In this document: positions 12,742 through 25,235 of the stretch, piece by piece
Layout: each line of letters starts with the position of its first letter
Numbering within the stretch: the stretch's first letter is position 1
Program-made: the position numbers and the translations under genes
Source: Octopus sinensis
Taxonomy: Eukaryota
Assembly: GCF_006345805.1 (NCBI RefSeq)
Contig: NC_043006.1
Location: forward strand, 37,634,001 to 37,698,000
Direction of reading: 5' to 3'
Length of the DNA: 64,000 nucleotides
The notes under the pieces: generated by a model
What the model saw: only the letters and a program-made list of their open reading frames with translations
The model's database searches: none
What the model was told of the DNA's origin: nothing

Positions 12742-12975
12742 TATAAACAAGAAAAAAGCAACAAGAATGGATTAGTTTTTCAGTACAATTGTTTCATACG
12801 AAGACCAGCTTTATTAAAAGCTGAAAATATTGCAGCAAATACAAGTGTCCCGTACTTGCTGCAATACAAGTGTCCTGTATTTGCTGCAATATTTGCAGCT
12901 TTTAATAAAGCTGGTCTTCGTATGAAACATTGTACTGAAAAACTATCCATTCTTGTTGCTTTTTTCTTGTTTATA
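12742..12975. repeat. Fold-back palindrome with ~100-bp arms
   Basis: 12742-12843 is the near-perfect reverse complement of 12876-12975. Confidence 0.93.
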
Positions 12976-13088
12976 ATCACCCCACATTATTGTATGGTTA
13001 ATATATAGTTTTCTGGTGCATCTAAGTTAAGTACCGCATTCAAGTGAATTCAATAGAACTCACTTGAATCTTAATTGCTTTTACTGTA

Positions 13089-13119
<31 letters not shown>

Positions 13120-13128
<9 letters not shown>

Positions 13129-13473
13129 TAATAAGGGTGAAAACTTGAATATTAATTTTAATATCAATTTAAAACCAGTGGTCTAGCATATAGAAAAATC
13201 TGAAGATTCAGAAAAACTATATTACATACATATAAAAGGTATGACCACTAAGTGGATATCCATTATGCTTGAAGTCGTAAGTAATTACGTATTGGTAACA
13301 ACGAAACCGGGTTTGTGATTAATCTCTATATTTTGTATCTTTTCATTTATCTTGCTCGCTTACGTTCTGGCGTTTGCTAAATTTTCTAGAGAACATTTTT
13401 TTCTTAGTGGTAAGACCGTAGGGGGTGGACTTCTAGCATAATGGATGTCCACTTAGTGATCATCCCTCTTATA

Positions 13474-13478
<5 letters not shown>
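13120..13478. mobile_element. (TA)n-anchored repeat with ~45-bp inverted repeats (possible Penelope-like terminal repeat remnant)
   Basis: catataaaaggtatgaccactaagtggatatccattatgct (~13229-13269) vs agcataatggatgtccacttagtgatcatccctcttatatg (~13435-13475); Penelope assignment is inference. Confidence 0.45.
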
Positions 13479-13508
<30 letters not shown>

Positions 13509-13529
13509 CAATTTATATCAGTAATTAAA

Positions 13530-13925
13530 GCAGCGTGCTGGCAGAAACGTTAGCACGTCGGGCGAGATGCTTCGCAGCATTTCGTCTGCTGTTACGTCCT
13601 GAGTGCAAATTCCGCCGAGGTCGACTTTGCCTTTCATCCTTTCGGGGTCGATTAAATAAGTACCAGTTACGCACTGGGGTCGATATAATTGACTTAATCC
13701 GTTTGTCTGTTCTTGTTTGTCCTCTCTGTGTTTAGCCCCTTGTGGGTAGTAAAGAAATAGGTATTTCGTCTGTCTTTACGTTCAGAGTTCAAATCCCACC
13801 GAGGTCGACTTTGCCTTTCATCCTTTCGTGGTCGACAGATTAAGTACCAGTTGTGTACTTCAGTCGATCTAATCGACTGGCCCTCTCCCTCAAAATTTCG
13901 AGCCTTGTGCTTATAGTAGAAAAAA
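13530..13925 (+). mobile_element. SINE family B dimer (full unit plus head-less unit)
   Basis: Junction aaagaaata|ggtatttcg at 13759/13760. Confidence 0.88.
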
Positions 13926-14001
13926 AAAAGAATTATATATATAAGTTTCTATGTAGATGCAAATATACAAACATGCATTCATATACACAGACGCATACAT
14001 A

Positions 14002-15010
14002 CACAGAGTGTCACAAAAATGTATACACATTTTAACGGCTGATAACTCAATTTTCATTGCTTTTTAGATTTAACCCATAAGAAATAAAGAAGGATGCCAG
14101 ACTCAGCTTTGAACAAAGAAAACTTGCTCTAGAACTTTGCTGCTGGAACTTTGAAAATGCGATTGAAGTGCGAAGAGACTTAAGGAGGATTTTCAAACAG
14201 ATCTATCTAGGCAACTTAACATCATTCAAATTACATATAGATTTGAAGCAGATGGAAATTTTCAGAATGTCCTCAAAAGAAGTTCCAGAAGACCTCGGGC
14301 ATTGACGAACACCTCAAAGCAAGAAAGAGTACTAAGGATCTGTTGCCAGAGTTGAAGAAAATTTTTGAATCATGTGAGGCGTGGGGCAGGAATTTCAAAA
14401 TCAGAAGTCCATTGCATTTTGAAACGCTGTCATTGGAGAAGTTATATTCCAGTAAAAGTCCGTGCTCTCAATGAAGATAATCCCGACTGAAGAGGGGAGT
14501 TTTTCTTGTGGTACTTGGCAAGTTGTATAGAGGATACACACTTTCCAACAAAGATTGTTTGAAGTGATGAGGCTAAATTTAAATTAAATTACTCAATTAA
14601 CCGCTGCAATTGCTCCTTCGGGAATCTGAGAATCTGCTTATTACAGAGAGCATCATAATGGTGCGGCTTATCAGCTGTAGGATTGATCGAACAATTCTTC
14701 TTGCTTGACGGTTTTGTGACTGCGATATTTGCCTTGCCAAACATTCAAGAGGGCTTTGAATATTTGGAGTTTTATATACAGAAAGATGGGAGCACCCTCA
14801 CATTACCATAGTAATGTAAGAGCCTACCTTGATTTAACCAAACAGGTGGACTGGATGAAGAGCTTCAGTAAAATAGCCTCCGATTTCACCGGATCTTACG
14901 CCACAAGACTCTTTTATGAGGACACGTAAAAGATAAGGTTTACGGTACAAAACGGCAACAGTCGACGAATTGGGGTCAGTTTTGCTGGTGCATTACTGTA
15001 CTGCAATTTC
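14002..15010 (+). mobile_element. Decayed Tc1/mariner-superfamily transposon (DUF4817-type N-terminus)
   Basis: Left TIR-like (ta)cagagtgtcacaaaa; frameshifted peptides [50 protein letters not shown]-like, KDKVY. Confidence 0.8.
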
Positions 15011-16448
15011 AACATGTAATTCAGCCTCCTGCCTCCCATCACTCGTGAATACGACCCCGTTCTACTTCAGCAGCTCTACATGCTGCAGTGAAGTTCCGCT
15101 AACACGCAGAGTGCACAAGGACAACTTATTTATCCTATCATCAAGCTGTTTGTAACCTTTTTCGCTGTTATCTACATCAAACCCTAAACTCTTTTTTCGC
15201 AATTTACATCCGTTCTTATACGCACAATTACACATAAAAAACATACTCTTTAAAAAAAAGAGACGCATACGCACGTGCACACACGCACTCTAACACACTA
15301 ACACATACACATAAGAAAATATATTCTAACCATTTTTTTTCCTTAAACAAAAGATCTTTTCTGCTGATAAACTTCATTCTTTCATTTTCATCGGCTGTTA
15401 TCTGACATTCGCTATGTTTTATCAACTGTGAAGGCCCATGTTCCATATCTGCTGATAAACATCATGCAGTTTTCCTATCTCTTGATGAAGGACTAAAATT
15501 CCGAAACATTGAACTTTATTCCTCTGAAAACGTGAATAAAATACTCTGTGTCTTCGTTTACGAGATTTTGGATTTGAACTTCCGTCCTTCGTTTTAACGT
15601 GTCCACTGCTATGGCCACTATCCCCCATTAATGCTTCACAATGTACCCAAAACTGGGCTGTCGTAAAATTATACAATGCGAAATAATTGTCTCAAACGTA
15701 AGTGCCGTTATTAACTGTAAGTGCTATTTCCAACTATTCATGAATCTGAACTATTTTATTAATAATCCTTTTATGAATCTTTCAGCTATATTGTCTATTA
15801 TTCGTGTCATTCAATTGTAATAAATTGTAGAATAAAAATTATACTTTATGTATTAATGGGTTAAAGGAAGAATAGATATTCAGGGGGGACAAAAAATTAC
15901 AGAAATATTGAAACAAAGAAAAGATATAAAGTAAATAAAAGAAAGAAAGAAATTGAAGAAGAGAAAAGAGGAAAACGATGAAGAGATAGACAGAAAAAAA
16001 ACTATAAAAACCGTAAACAGCTAAAATGGAACAAGGAATTTTCATATGGAATGTTCCACGTCTATATTTTTACATGTGAGGAAAGAATATTCTGTGGTTT
16101 AGAGGTTAATTACCTGTCAGAAACATGTCTGGAGAATTACAGGCGATTGAAAACTGGCTTTCTGTCCGAAAGGTGGCGGGGTCATCGGGTCATGATCCAC
16201 CATTGTTACTGTTACAAAATTACTGATGAGTCAGCCATAGAGCTATTACCGGACCTCTTAAATTGCTAGATATAGCAACCAAATTCTTTCCTTAAATCAC
16301 AAACAACCGACTGAAGTAATGAAAGAATGATAGATGGATAGATAGATAGATACATACATACATACATGCATGCATACATATATACATACATACATACATA
16401 CATACATACATACATACATACATACATACATACATACATTACTGCCTT

Positions 16449-16595
16449 ATTGCCTGAAGAAATGAAATCATGAAAATGATTAACCAGATGCCCACGGATA
16501 CTACGGACTACAGACTACTGCCACGGATACTACAGTCCAAGAATATGGACTGTGATCTTAAGAGACAAATGATTTGTGGAAACGCGCGTAGCGAT
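16449..16595 (+). ncRNA. Candidate type I hammerhead ribozyme with expanded domain II
   Basis: Stem I attgc/gcgat, core CUGAAGA 16454-16460, GAAA 16579-16582, stem III AC-GCGC-GU, predicted cleavage after GUA (16590); homolog at 31125-31258. Confidence 0.55.
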
Positions 16596-16717
16596 GCATG
16601 TAAATATCAATAAATTCCATCCAAAGATTATTGTTTTATTACATATACTTCTATACATACATACATGTATGTATGTATATATATATATATATATATACAC
16701 CACACACATACATGTAT

Positions 16718-16814
<97 letters not shown>

Positions 16815-16950
16815 TGTGTGTATATGTATGTATCACGTGATCACGTGATCGACCAGGCTAACGGATGTTGATATACTTCACTGGTCACAATGCGCTCTGC
16901 ATCGTTTTAGCTTTCGAATGATACCAGCTCGCTGGCTAGGCAAACATATA

Positions 16951-17280
16951 TATACGTACAATACATACATACACACATACATACATACATACATACATAC
17001 ATACATACATACATACATACATACATAAATACATACACACATACATACATACATACATACATACATACATGCATACATACATGCATACATACATACATAC
17101 ATACACACATACATACACACATACATACACACATACATACATACATACATACATACATACATACATACATACATACATACATGCATACATACATACATAC
17201 ATACATACATACATACATACATACATACATACATACATACATACATACATACATGCATGCATACACATACATACATACTA
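16951..17280. repeat. Long (CATA)n/(CACATA) array
   Basis: Directly visible. Confidence 0.97.
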
Positions 17281-18363
17281 TGATCTCGCACATAGTTTGT
17301 CGTAAATTTCATTATAAGGTTTTTAGTATATCAGAAGAAATAACAAAAGACACTTGGTCATGATATCTCGCAGCAGAATCAGATGTGAGATTGTTAAACC
17401 TCTTAACCTCACAGCCACGCGCACGCACTAAAACGCACACACAACACTAACACACACATAGAGGCACATACATGCTCGCACATACAGACATGCACGCACA
17501 TATGCACACAATCATACACTAACACGCACGCATACACAAAGGAGTAGAAAGAGAAAAAGAGGCGTTCTTCCCTTTACGAAATCTGCGTGCCTAGAGATAT
17601 TTTCGAACTGCGGGAATCCATAACGCGAAACCTATTTTCTTATTGATTCCTGTTAAAAATTGAGAAGAATTCCAACTGAATTCTTTTAGAAATAGAAATA
17701 AATAAAATAAAACCAACACAACGACGCATAGGTTTGAAAATAATTTTTAAACACACTCTGTAATGTATATATACGAAACTATATAACATTCTAAGAGGAA
17801 CCCATAAGGGAATAAGTAAAAATGCGGTTAACAATGCTGTAGCTTATGTACTTGGTACAATTGACATCCAGGCGCAGACATGGCATGGCTGGTAAATGAG
17901 CGCACTTTGCAACCACGTGGTTTCGGGTTCAGTCCTACTGCGCGGCACCTTGGACAAATGTCCTCGTTATCATCGCTTTCGCTCGTTTATCGAACTCGTC
18001 AAGACAAAATCAAAATGATAAAAACAGAACGTTTCCTTGTTCATTTAAATGAAACGGATGTGAGTGAATTTGGTGGACAGGAACTCTATGGAAGTCCATG
18101 TGTGTACATATTTGTATGAACACCATAAAAAGTCAGAAGGTATGGGATGGGTGAATAGATTTATTTAACCACGTTACATCCTTAAGATTATGGCCGTTTC
18201 GCAGTCTTCTTCATGTTATGATGCTTTCAGTGTGGAAGAAAAAGTGCTTACATGTTTATATTGATACGCATAGTCTTCATTTTACTATAGAATTGTAAAG
18301 TCACAAACCAATGCAAATAAAAAATTGGGGGTAGCTCATCAGATCACCAGAACATCATGATTA

Positions 18364-18463
18364 NNNNNNNNNNNNNNNNNNNNNNNNNNNNNNNNNNNNN
18401 NNNNNNNNNNNNNNNNNNNNNNNNNNNNNNNNNNNNNNNNNNNNNNNNNNNNNNNNNNNNNNN
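18364..18463. other. Assembly gap (100 N)
   Basis: Run of N. Confidence 1.
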
Positions 18464-19119
18464 TAGAGGTAAGTGTTGATAGTGGTATGGTAGGGTAGAA
18501 TATAGGATGAAAGTGAGACCACGTGAGCGCATAATATAACGGGAAGCTTTAGAGAAAAGAGAAGTAAAATTGGGCGGGGGTGCTTCATCTGTTTGTGTGT
18601 GTGTTTGCGCGCATGTTTATGTGTGTGTATGCATATATGTGTGTGTGTGTGTTACTGTGGTTGTATTTGTCCCATCCACCAACGCGATCGACAACTTGTG
18701 TTGGTGTATTTACACCCCCGTGACTTTGCGTTTCGGTAAAAGACATCGATGGAATGCATACCAGGCTTAAAATTTTAAAAACTAAATACTGGGATCGATT
18801 CGTTCGTCTAAAATTCGTTAAGGTGGTGCTCCAGCGTGGCCAGAGTCTAATGAATGAAGCAGGCAAAAAATAAAAGATTATAGAAATTCTGTTATTTAAA
18901 ATTTTTGTTTACTTGTATCAGTCTTTTGCCAAACAGCTGAGTTACGTAGACGTAAATGAACCAACTCCGGTTGTTAAGCGGTGGGTGGGTAGAGGGATAA
19001 ACACAAACACGAAATCTCAGACATATAGAGATGTATATGCATACATACATACATACATACATACATACATACATACATACATACAGACAAACAAACAGAC
19101 AAACACACACAGATTGTGA

Positions 19120-19480
19120 CACTCCGTCGGTTACGACGACGAGGGTCCCATTTGATACGATCAACAGAACAGCTTGCTCGTGAAACTAACATGCAAGTGG
19201 CTGAGCCTCCGCAGACACGTGTACCCTTAACGTAGTTCTTGAGGAAATTCAGCGTGACACAGTGTGTGACAAGGCTGGCCCTTCGAAATACAGGTACAAG
19301 AGAAACAGGAAGAAAGAGTGAGAGAAAGTTGTGGTGAAAGAATACAGCAGGGTTCGCCACCACCCGCTGCCGGAGCCGCGTGGAGCTTAATAAACACTCA
19401 CAACGCCCTGTCTGGGAATTGAAACTGCGAGCCCACGACAGCGAGTCCGCTGCCCTAACCACTGGGCCATTGCGCCTCCA
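19120..19480 (-). mobile_element. tRNA-derived SINE, head C plus tail T1
   Basis: Head tggaggcgcaatggcccagtggttagggcagcgg; tail ...ccctcgtcgtcgtaaccgacggagt. Confidence 0.88.
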
Positions 19481-19539
19481 CAAACATGCAGTTGGAGACA
19501 CATTTATATGACAGGTTACTTACAGTTTCCATCCACTCA

Positions 19540-20549
19540 CAAGTTCAAAGAGTGACGACAGAAGACTTGGAAATGAAATCGTACGTGAGATCTCTGACGC
19601 GCCTTTTAACTCCAGAACAAAAGGTTAGAAAGATAAATAGGGGATAGATCGTCTTGAACAAAGTGAAACATAATCCTGGAGTGATTTTTTACACAAAGGA
19701 GAAGAATTTCAACTAAGACACGCACACAAAAAAAAAAAAACGCAACAGCCGCATTCTGGCTTCAGATCTTCACGAAAGAGACAGAAATGTTAGATTCAAA
19801 ATCTCTACCAAGGTAATGATTTTCGCCTGTATGACCTCTGATGGCAAGAAGATACCATTAATCATGTTTGAGAAAGCTGAGAGACTGTTATGTTCAAGTT
19901 ATGAAAGAGGATTCTGAATTCTTTCTGAATATCCTGAGGCAAGAGACAAGGGAAATCCTAAAAAGACCGCTAAGGATCTTAAGTTTACATTCCAGCAAGA
20001 TGGAGCTCTTTGTCACACAAAAATTTCTTAGGGATGAGTTTGGGAACAGGTTTGGGGGAAAGGACACCTGGCCCCCTTCATCACCTCATTTGAACTCTTT
20101 AGATTTCAGCATCTGGAATGAACTGGCCTGCAAGCCCTCAAAAACTCCATCCATAGGGTGTGTGAGGGGGACATTGATGAAGATGTGGTGCAGACAGGAA
20201 GAGGGTTGAGGAAGTCACTGCTAAAAGAGGAGCAACTCTTGATGCTTAACAAGTAGAATTGCGGCCAGGATTGTCTCCGGCACTTTGAAATAACATTGTA
20301 AGCTTCCATTTGAACTTTATTCCCATCTTTTATGAACTCCAAATCCTAAGCCATGGCTAATAATTTACGAAAGTGTCGTTTTCATCCATGATCAACTTCA
20401 ACACAATTCTTCTGGTGAGCTTGGAGAGTCATCAACATAATGTTAGAAAAACCTCTGATAATTCTATTAAGTTATCTTTAAGCATTTCTGAGATACAAAG
20501 GTTCGAAGTTGAATCTGAAATTTGGACAATTTGGCTGGTAGAACCGGTA
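19540..20549 (+). mobile_element. Decayed maT-like Tc1/mariner transposon
   Basis: EDLEMKSY, VIF..EKNF, KVMIF...SDGKKIPL, FTFQQDGALCHT, WPPSSPHLNSLDFSIW; right end ...ggacaatttggctggtagaaccggta is TIR-like. Confidence 0.75.
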
Positions 20550-20569
20550 TCTATACAAATATACATACA

Positions 20570-21826
20570 TATTGCGTCATCCCATAAACAATGCGTTTTT
20601 TTAATACTTCTTTTATTTTTCAAAATTAAGATAAACAAGTTCTTTTTTAATCTAAAATATACTCTCCTTCATTTTCTACAATCCTCTTCCATTTATCTGA
20701 CAGACTTGCAAGGCGCCACTTCCAAAATTCACTTGTCTGTGATGAAAAATACTCTTCGTCTACAGAATTCATATTTTGTCCATCCAAATTATTTTGAAGA
20801 CTGTAGAATAAATGATAATCAGATGGGACAATGTCCGGTGAATATGGTTGGGGTGGGGCATCGTTTCCCATTCAAACTGCTCCTTTGGAATGTTATCCTC
20901 GCTGTATGTGACCGAGCATTATCCTGATGGAATAACACCTTTCTTCTTGAAACCAAAGATGGTCATTTTACTTCTAGCGCTGACTTAAGCCGCTCATGCT
21001 GCTCTCAGTAGATTTCCTTTTTTATCGATTGGTTTGAGTTTAAAAGTTCAAAGTGGACTAAACCTTTCATATCCCACCAAACAGAAGGTGAAGACCTTCT
21101 TTAGCCTAGAGTGCTATTGACTCTCCTTTCTCTACCCACTGTCTTCAGCGCTTGACATTTTTATAGACAACCATTTCTTGTCACCTTTCACTATTCGGTC
21201 CAAAAAAGGTTTATTCGTGAGAAGGGACAGCAAAGATGAACACACATTCACTCTCTGTGCGCAATTAGACTCGGAAATTTTATGAGGAAGCCATTGACCC
21301 AATTTACTGACTTTTCCGATGGCACGCAGGTGTCGATCAATGGTTGAATGACCAAATCCAAGCTTCTCTACTAGTTCTGCAACAAGATACGTTGGGATTT
21401 TGTACCATCATGGTTTGCAGGACGTTCACGTTGAACTCTGCTGATCTTCCAGGATGAGGTTCATCTTCTAGGCTGTAGTTTCCGGCTTGAAACTTTTGGA
21501 ACCACCGTTGACACTGGATTACGCTTATTGTCCGATTCCCATATACTGCATTAATATTCCCCGCACTTTCCATTGCGTTGTTGCCTTTATTGAACTCATA
21601 AAGCAAAATATGCCAAATATGCTCATTTGTCACTTCTATTATAGCTTTAAAAAAATAACTGTTAAAATCGAACTGCACTCTCCAAAACTTGCACTAAGAA
21701 TAACCACAAGGTAAAATTACTACCCGCTTTTATATCAAGTTGATGCAGGTAGTTTATCCCGTCCTCCTCTGACTTTTAGTTCATGCAATTGAAAAAAAAC
21801 TGAATTATTTATGGGATAACTCAATA
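20570..21826 (-). mobile_element. Near full-length decayed mariner (DD34D-type)
   Basis: TIRs tattgcgtcatcccataaacaatgc / aattatttatgggataactcaata; ORF 21337-21678 HILLYEFNKGNNA...QRWFQKF...LEDEPHPGRS; ORF 20647-20871 PYSPDIVPSDYHLF...KWKRIVENEGEYILD. Confidence 0.93.
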
Positions 21827-22107
21827 CATACATACGTACGTACGTACATACATACATACATACATACATACATACATACATACATACATACATACATAGC
21901 TGTTTCACTAAAATTTTCAGTGATGTATTCATAGCTTACATCATAGCATAAATCCACCATTCTCCGGTAATACTTTAATCTATACTTTAATCTAGTTCTA
22001 CCGATGCAGTTGTAGTAAATTTTAAACCTCAGTTGTGTTCCTCTTTTTATACATACGCCACACCTGGAACCAACCCTGAGTCCTGTCTACGGTTTATAAT
22101 GGATTTG

Positions 22108-22150
<43 letters not shown>

Positions 22151-22203
22151 TATATATATATATATAATATATATATTATATATATATATAATATATATAT
22201 ATA

Positions 22204-22354
22204 TACATTATATAAAAGGGCTTAGTAAAATAAATTACTTTACTAAGCCCTTTTATATAATGTAATAATTTGAATTCGCCTTGAATGGTCCCTTTGCATA
22301 CTGAACACTTGGTGAAATTGATTAATAATTAATTAATTTTGCCCTCAATTGTTG

Positions 22355-22406
<52 letters not shown>

Positions 22407-22424
22407 TATATATATATATATATA

Positions 22425-22457
<33 letters not shown>

Positions 22458-22610
22458 TATATAAAAGGGCTTAGTAAAATAAATTACTTTACTAAGCCCT
22501 TTTATATAATGTAATAATTTGAATTCGCCTTGAATGGTCCCTTTGCATACTGAACACTTGGTGAAATTGATTAATAATTAATTAATTTTGCCCTCAATTG
22601 TTGAAATTAT
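22204..22610. repeat. Duplicated ~155-bp unit starting with a perfect 26-bp-arm palindrome, embedded in (TA)n
   Basis: tacattatataaaagggcttagtaaa-ataaattac-tttactaagcccttttatataatgta at 22204-22264 and 22453-22513. Confidence 0.93.
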
Positions 22611-22612
22611 AT

Positions 22613-22644
<32 letters not shown>

Positions 22645-23169
22645 GATATATATATATATATGTATACATGTATATATTTATGTATATATGTGTATATATA
22701 TATAATCAAAATAAGCAACAGGATATCAAGTAGTAATGTAGTACGACCGTTTCAAGCGGTTCCATTTAATTGAACAATGCAATCATTACATCAATTTAAA
22801 GGCAGTACTATCTTCAGCTGTACAAATAAATAGATGAAATTTTAACAAGTAGGACACATTAATACAATTTTTCTTAAATATTTTGACAGAGTAAGAAAAC
22901 AGAAGGAATTCCTGTTGTCACTATTGTAGCTAGGAATAGACTACAACTTCTAAGAATGACATGGAGCATAGTGCGGTCATAGGGTTGTAAAGGTTGTAAT
23001 TCATTTCTAATACATTTATCTCTGTATCAACTACTAAATCCGAGACTAGAAGACTGTGTCTCTTTTAAATAAAGAACAAGAGTGAGTTGACAGCTCATGG
23101 CTAGGTATGATCATAAATATTATATATATAATATATATATATAGATATATATATATTTCAAGCGTTATA

Positions 23170-24010
23170 AGACACAGCTAAGTAAAAATATTCGCTGATG
23201 ATTCCAAGCTCCAGAAAATTATCCGTGGAGAAGAAGACCGAACTGAACTCTAGTCTGATCTATATGCTGTAAGTCAATGGACAGCCAAAAACAAAATGCT
23301 ACTTAACGAGAGAAAATTTGAACTGATGCATTTTGGGAAAAAGACTGCTAAAACAGCCGTATTTTCTTCCTTCAGGGTAACCGCTAACAGCATCTAATAA
23401 TATCAGAAACCTAGGAATCGTTATTCCTCTTTTCTCCTCCTTTGTAGAGCAACACCTCGAATACAGCTGCTTCCTGTAGTCTCCCCATAAAAAACAAAAC
23501 GTTTCGAAAATCAAACCGCCTCAGAGGTTGTAGTTGTAATAAAATAATTACCGGGACCGCCTTAAAGCATTGAAACTCTATTCTCTCCAGCGCCGCCGTG
23601 AGTTATACATCATTTGCACGATGTGGAGAATATTTTGCCCAAACGACTGCAACATCAGCCAAAGCTAGAACCACGAGCCATACGTCCCCTGCTCAATTCA
23701 GAATCACAACACATAAATACACTGCAACACAATTTCTTTTCCTCAACCGGCCCTGCCGTATTTAACATTGTCCCAAAACAGAGCAAAGAAGAAAAGGATT
23801 CCGTTATCTTTAAACTGAATCTGGACAAATTTCTTCAAGGAATACCAAATAAGCCACCTATACCTGGATACAGCTCCCTCAACAAGAACTCCCTGTTCGA
23901 ATGGACCATGGATACCACAAAACTTGACTTAAAAAGGATTTAGCAAATCCTTTCAGGTGGTGCTATTAAGTTAGACACAGCCTGAGTCAATCTTCGGCTG
24001 AAACATATCT
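23170..24010 (+). mobile_element. 3' fragment of a CR1/L2-like LINE
   Basis: KIFADDSKL, NERKFELMHFG, IRNLGIV, HLEYSC, DRLKALKLYSLQRRRE, NFFSSTGPAVFNIVP...FKLNLDKFL..IP..P.IPGY. Confidence 0.88.
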
Positions 24011-24810
24011 AAGTTATATATACATATATTACACACACACACACACTCACACTCACACATACACACACACACATACACACACACACATACACACACACAC
24101 ACACATACACACACACACACACACACATTTATATATGTAACGGCAGAACAGTACCAAGACATGACATCTCATGTAAACCCAATGTTATAGTCCTGGCGTC
24201 CTTCGAACTGATACGCCCAGATTGTAATGAATCTCTTTCTCTCTCTCTCTCTCTCTTAATATGTGGTGTGTGTGTGTGTGGTGTGTGTGTGTGTAGAATT
24301 GATGATAGCATAAAAAATGATAATCGTGATAATTATGAGGTCAGCAGAGGACACATCGTTAAACTCCAAAACGTTTACATAATGCAACGAACGCTGGTGG
24401 GACAGACTTGCATTTATATACATTTTCGACTGAATTGGTATTTCAAATCAGCATATTTGGAATAAAAATCAGAAAAGAACAAATTTCACAAATCCTCCAT
24501 AATTCAATTGTGCTCCACATCAGTATCAGAGCCATAGAGCATCATTGTCTTTACAACTACGTAATTAAAATAAATAATAAATTAATTAGTTTATAAGTTG
24601 TGTGTAACCTTTATAGTCGCGAGGAGAAAAAAGTGATAATCGGAAAACAGTTACTATTTTTTTTCCTCTCGTCACTTTCAAATTGCTTATACATTTTAAT
24701 TATGTAATTAGTTAAACAATGCTAGCTTATGCCTTGAAATAGCTGTAAGGGACAATTAAATTATGAGCTAATTGCGAAGTTTACAAGTTCTACTTTTTTA
24801 CTACACACAC

Positions 24811-24888
<78 letters not shown>

Positions 24889-25014
24889 TATATATATTTG
24901 CGTACGTGTATTGAGTTTATATAGTAGTGAGGTTATTTATTGTTATTACGCAAAGTTTCACAGATACTGCTGTCCACGTAAGTGATTTCTGTTATCTATC
25001 TATATATATATATT

Positions 25015-25235
25015 TTACTTTACTACCCACAAGGGGCTAAACACAGAGAGGACAAGGAAAGACAAACGGATTAAGTCGATTATATCGACCCCAGTGCGTA
25101 ACTGGTACTTATTTAATCGACCTCGAAAGGATGAAAGGCAAAGTTGACCTCGGCGGAATTTGAATTCAGAACGTAGCGGCAGACGAAATACTGCTAAGCA
25201 TTTCGCCCGGCGTGCTAACGTTTCTGCCAGCTCAC
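25015..25235 (-). mobile_element. SINE family B nested in the Helitron 5' microsatellite
   Basis: Full head-to-tail match to family B. Confidence 0.88.

Noticed and set aside
15228-15676. Two adjacent minus-strand ORFs in non-repetitive DNA
   Set aside because: No recognisable domain and no clear splice signals
14070-15865. ttaacccat ... atgggttaa suggesting a piggyBac-like element
   Set aside because: Only a 9-bp match, and the left copy lies inside the Tc1-like element
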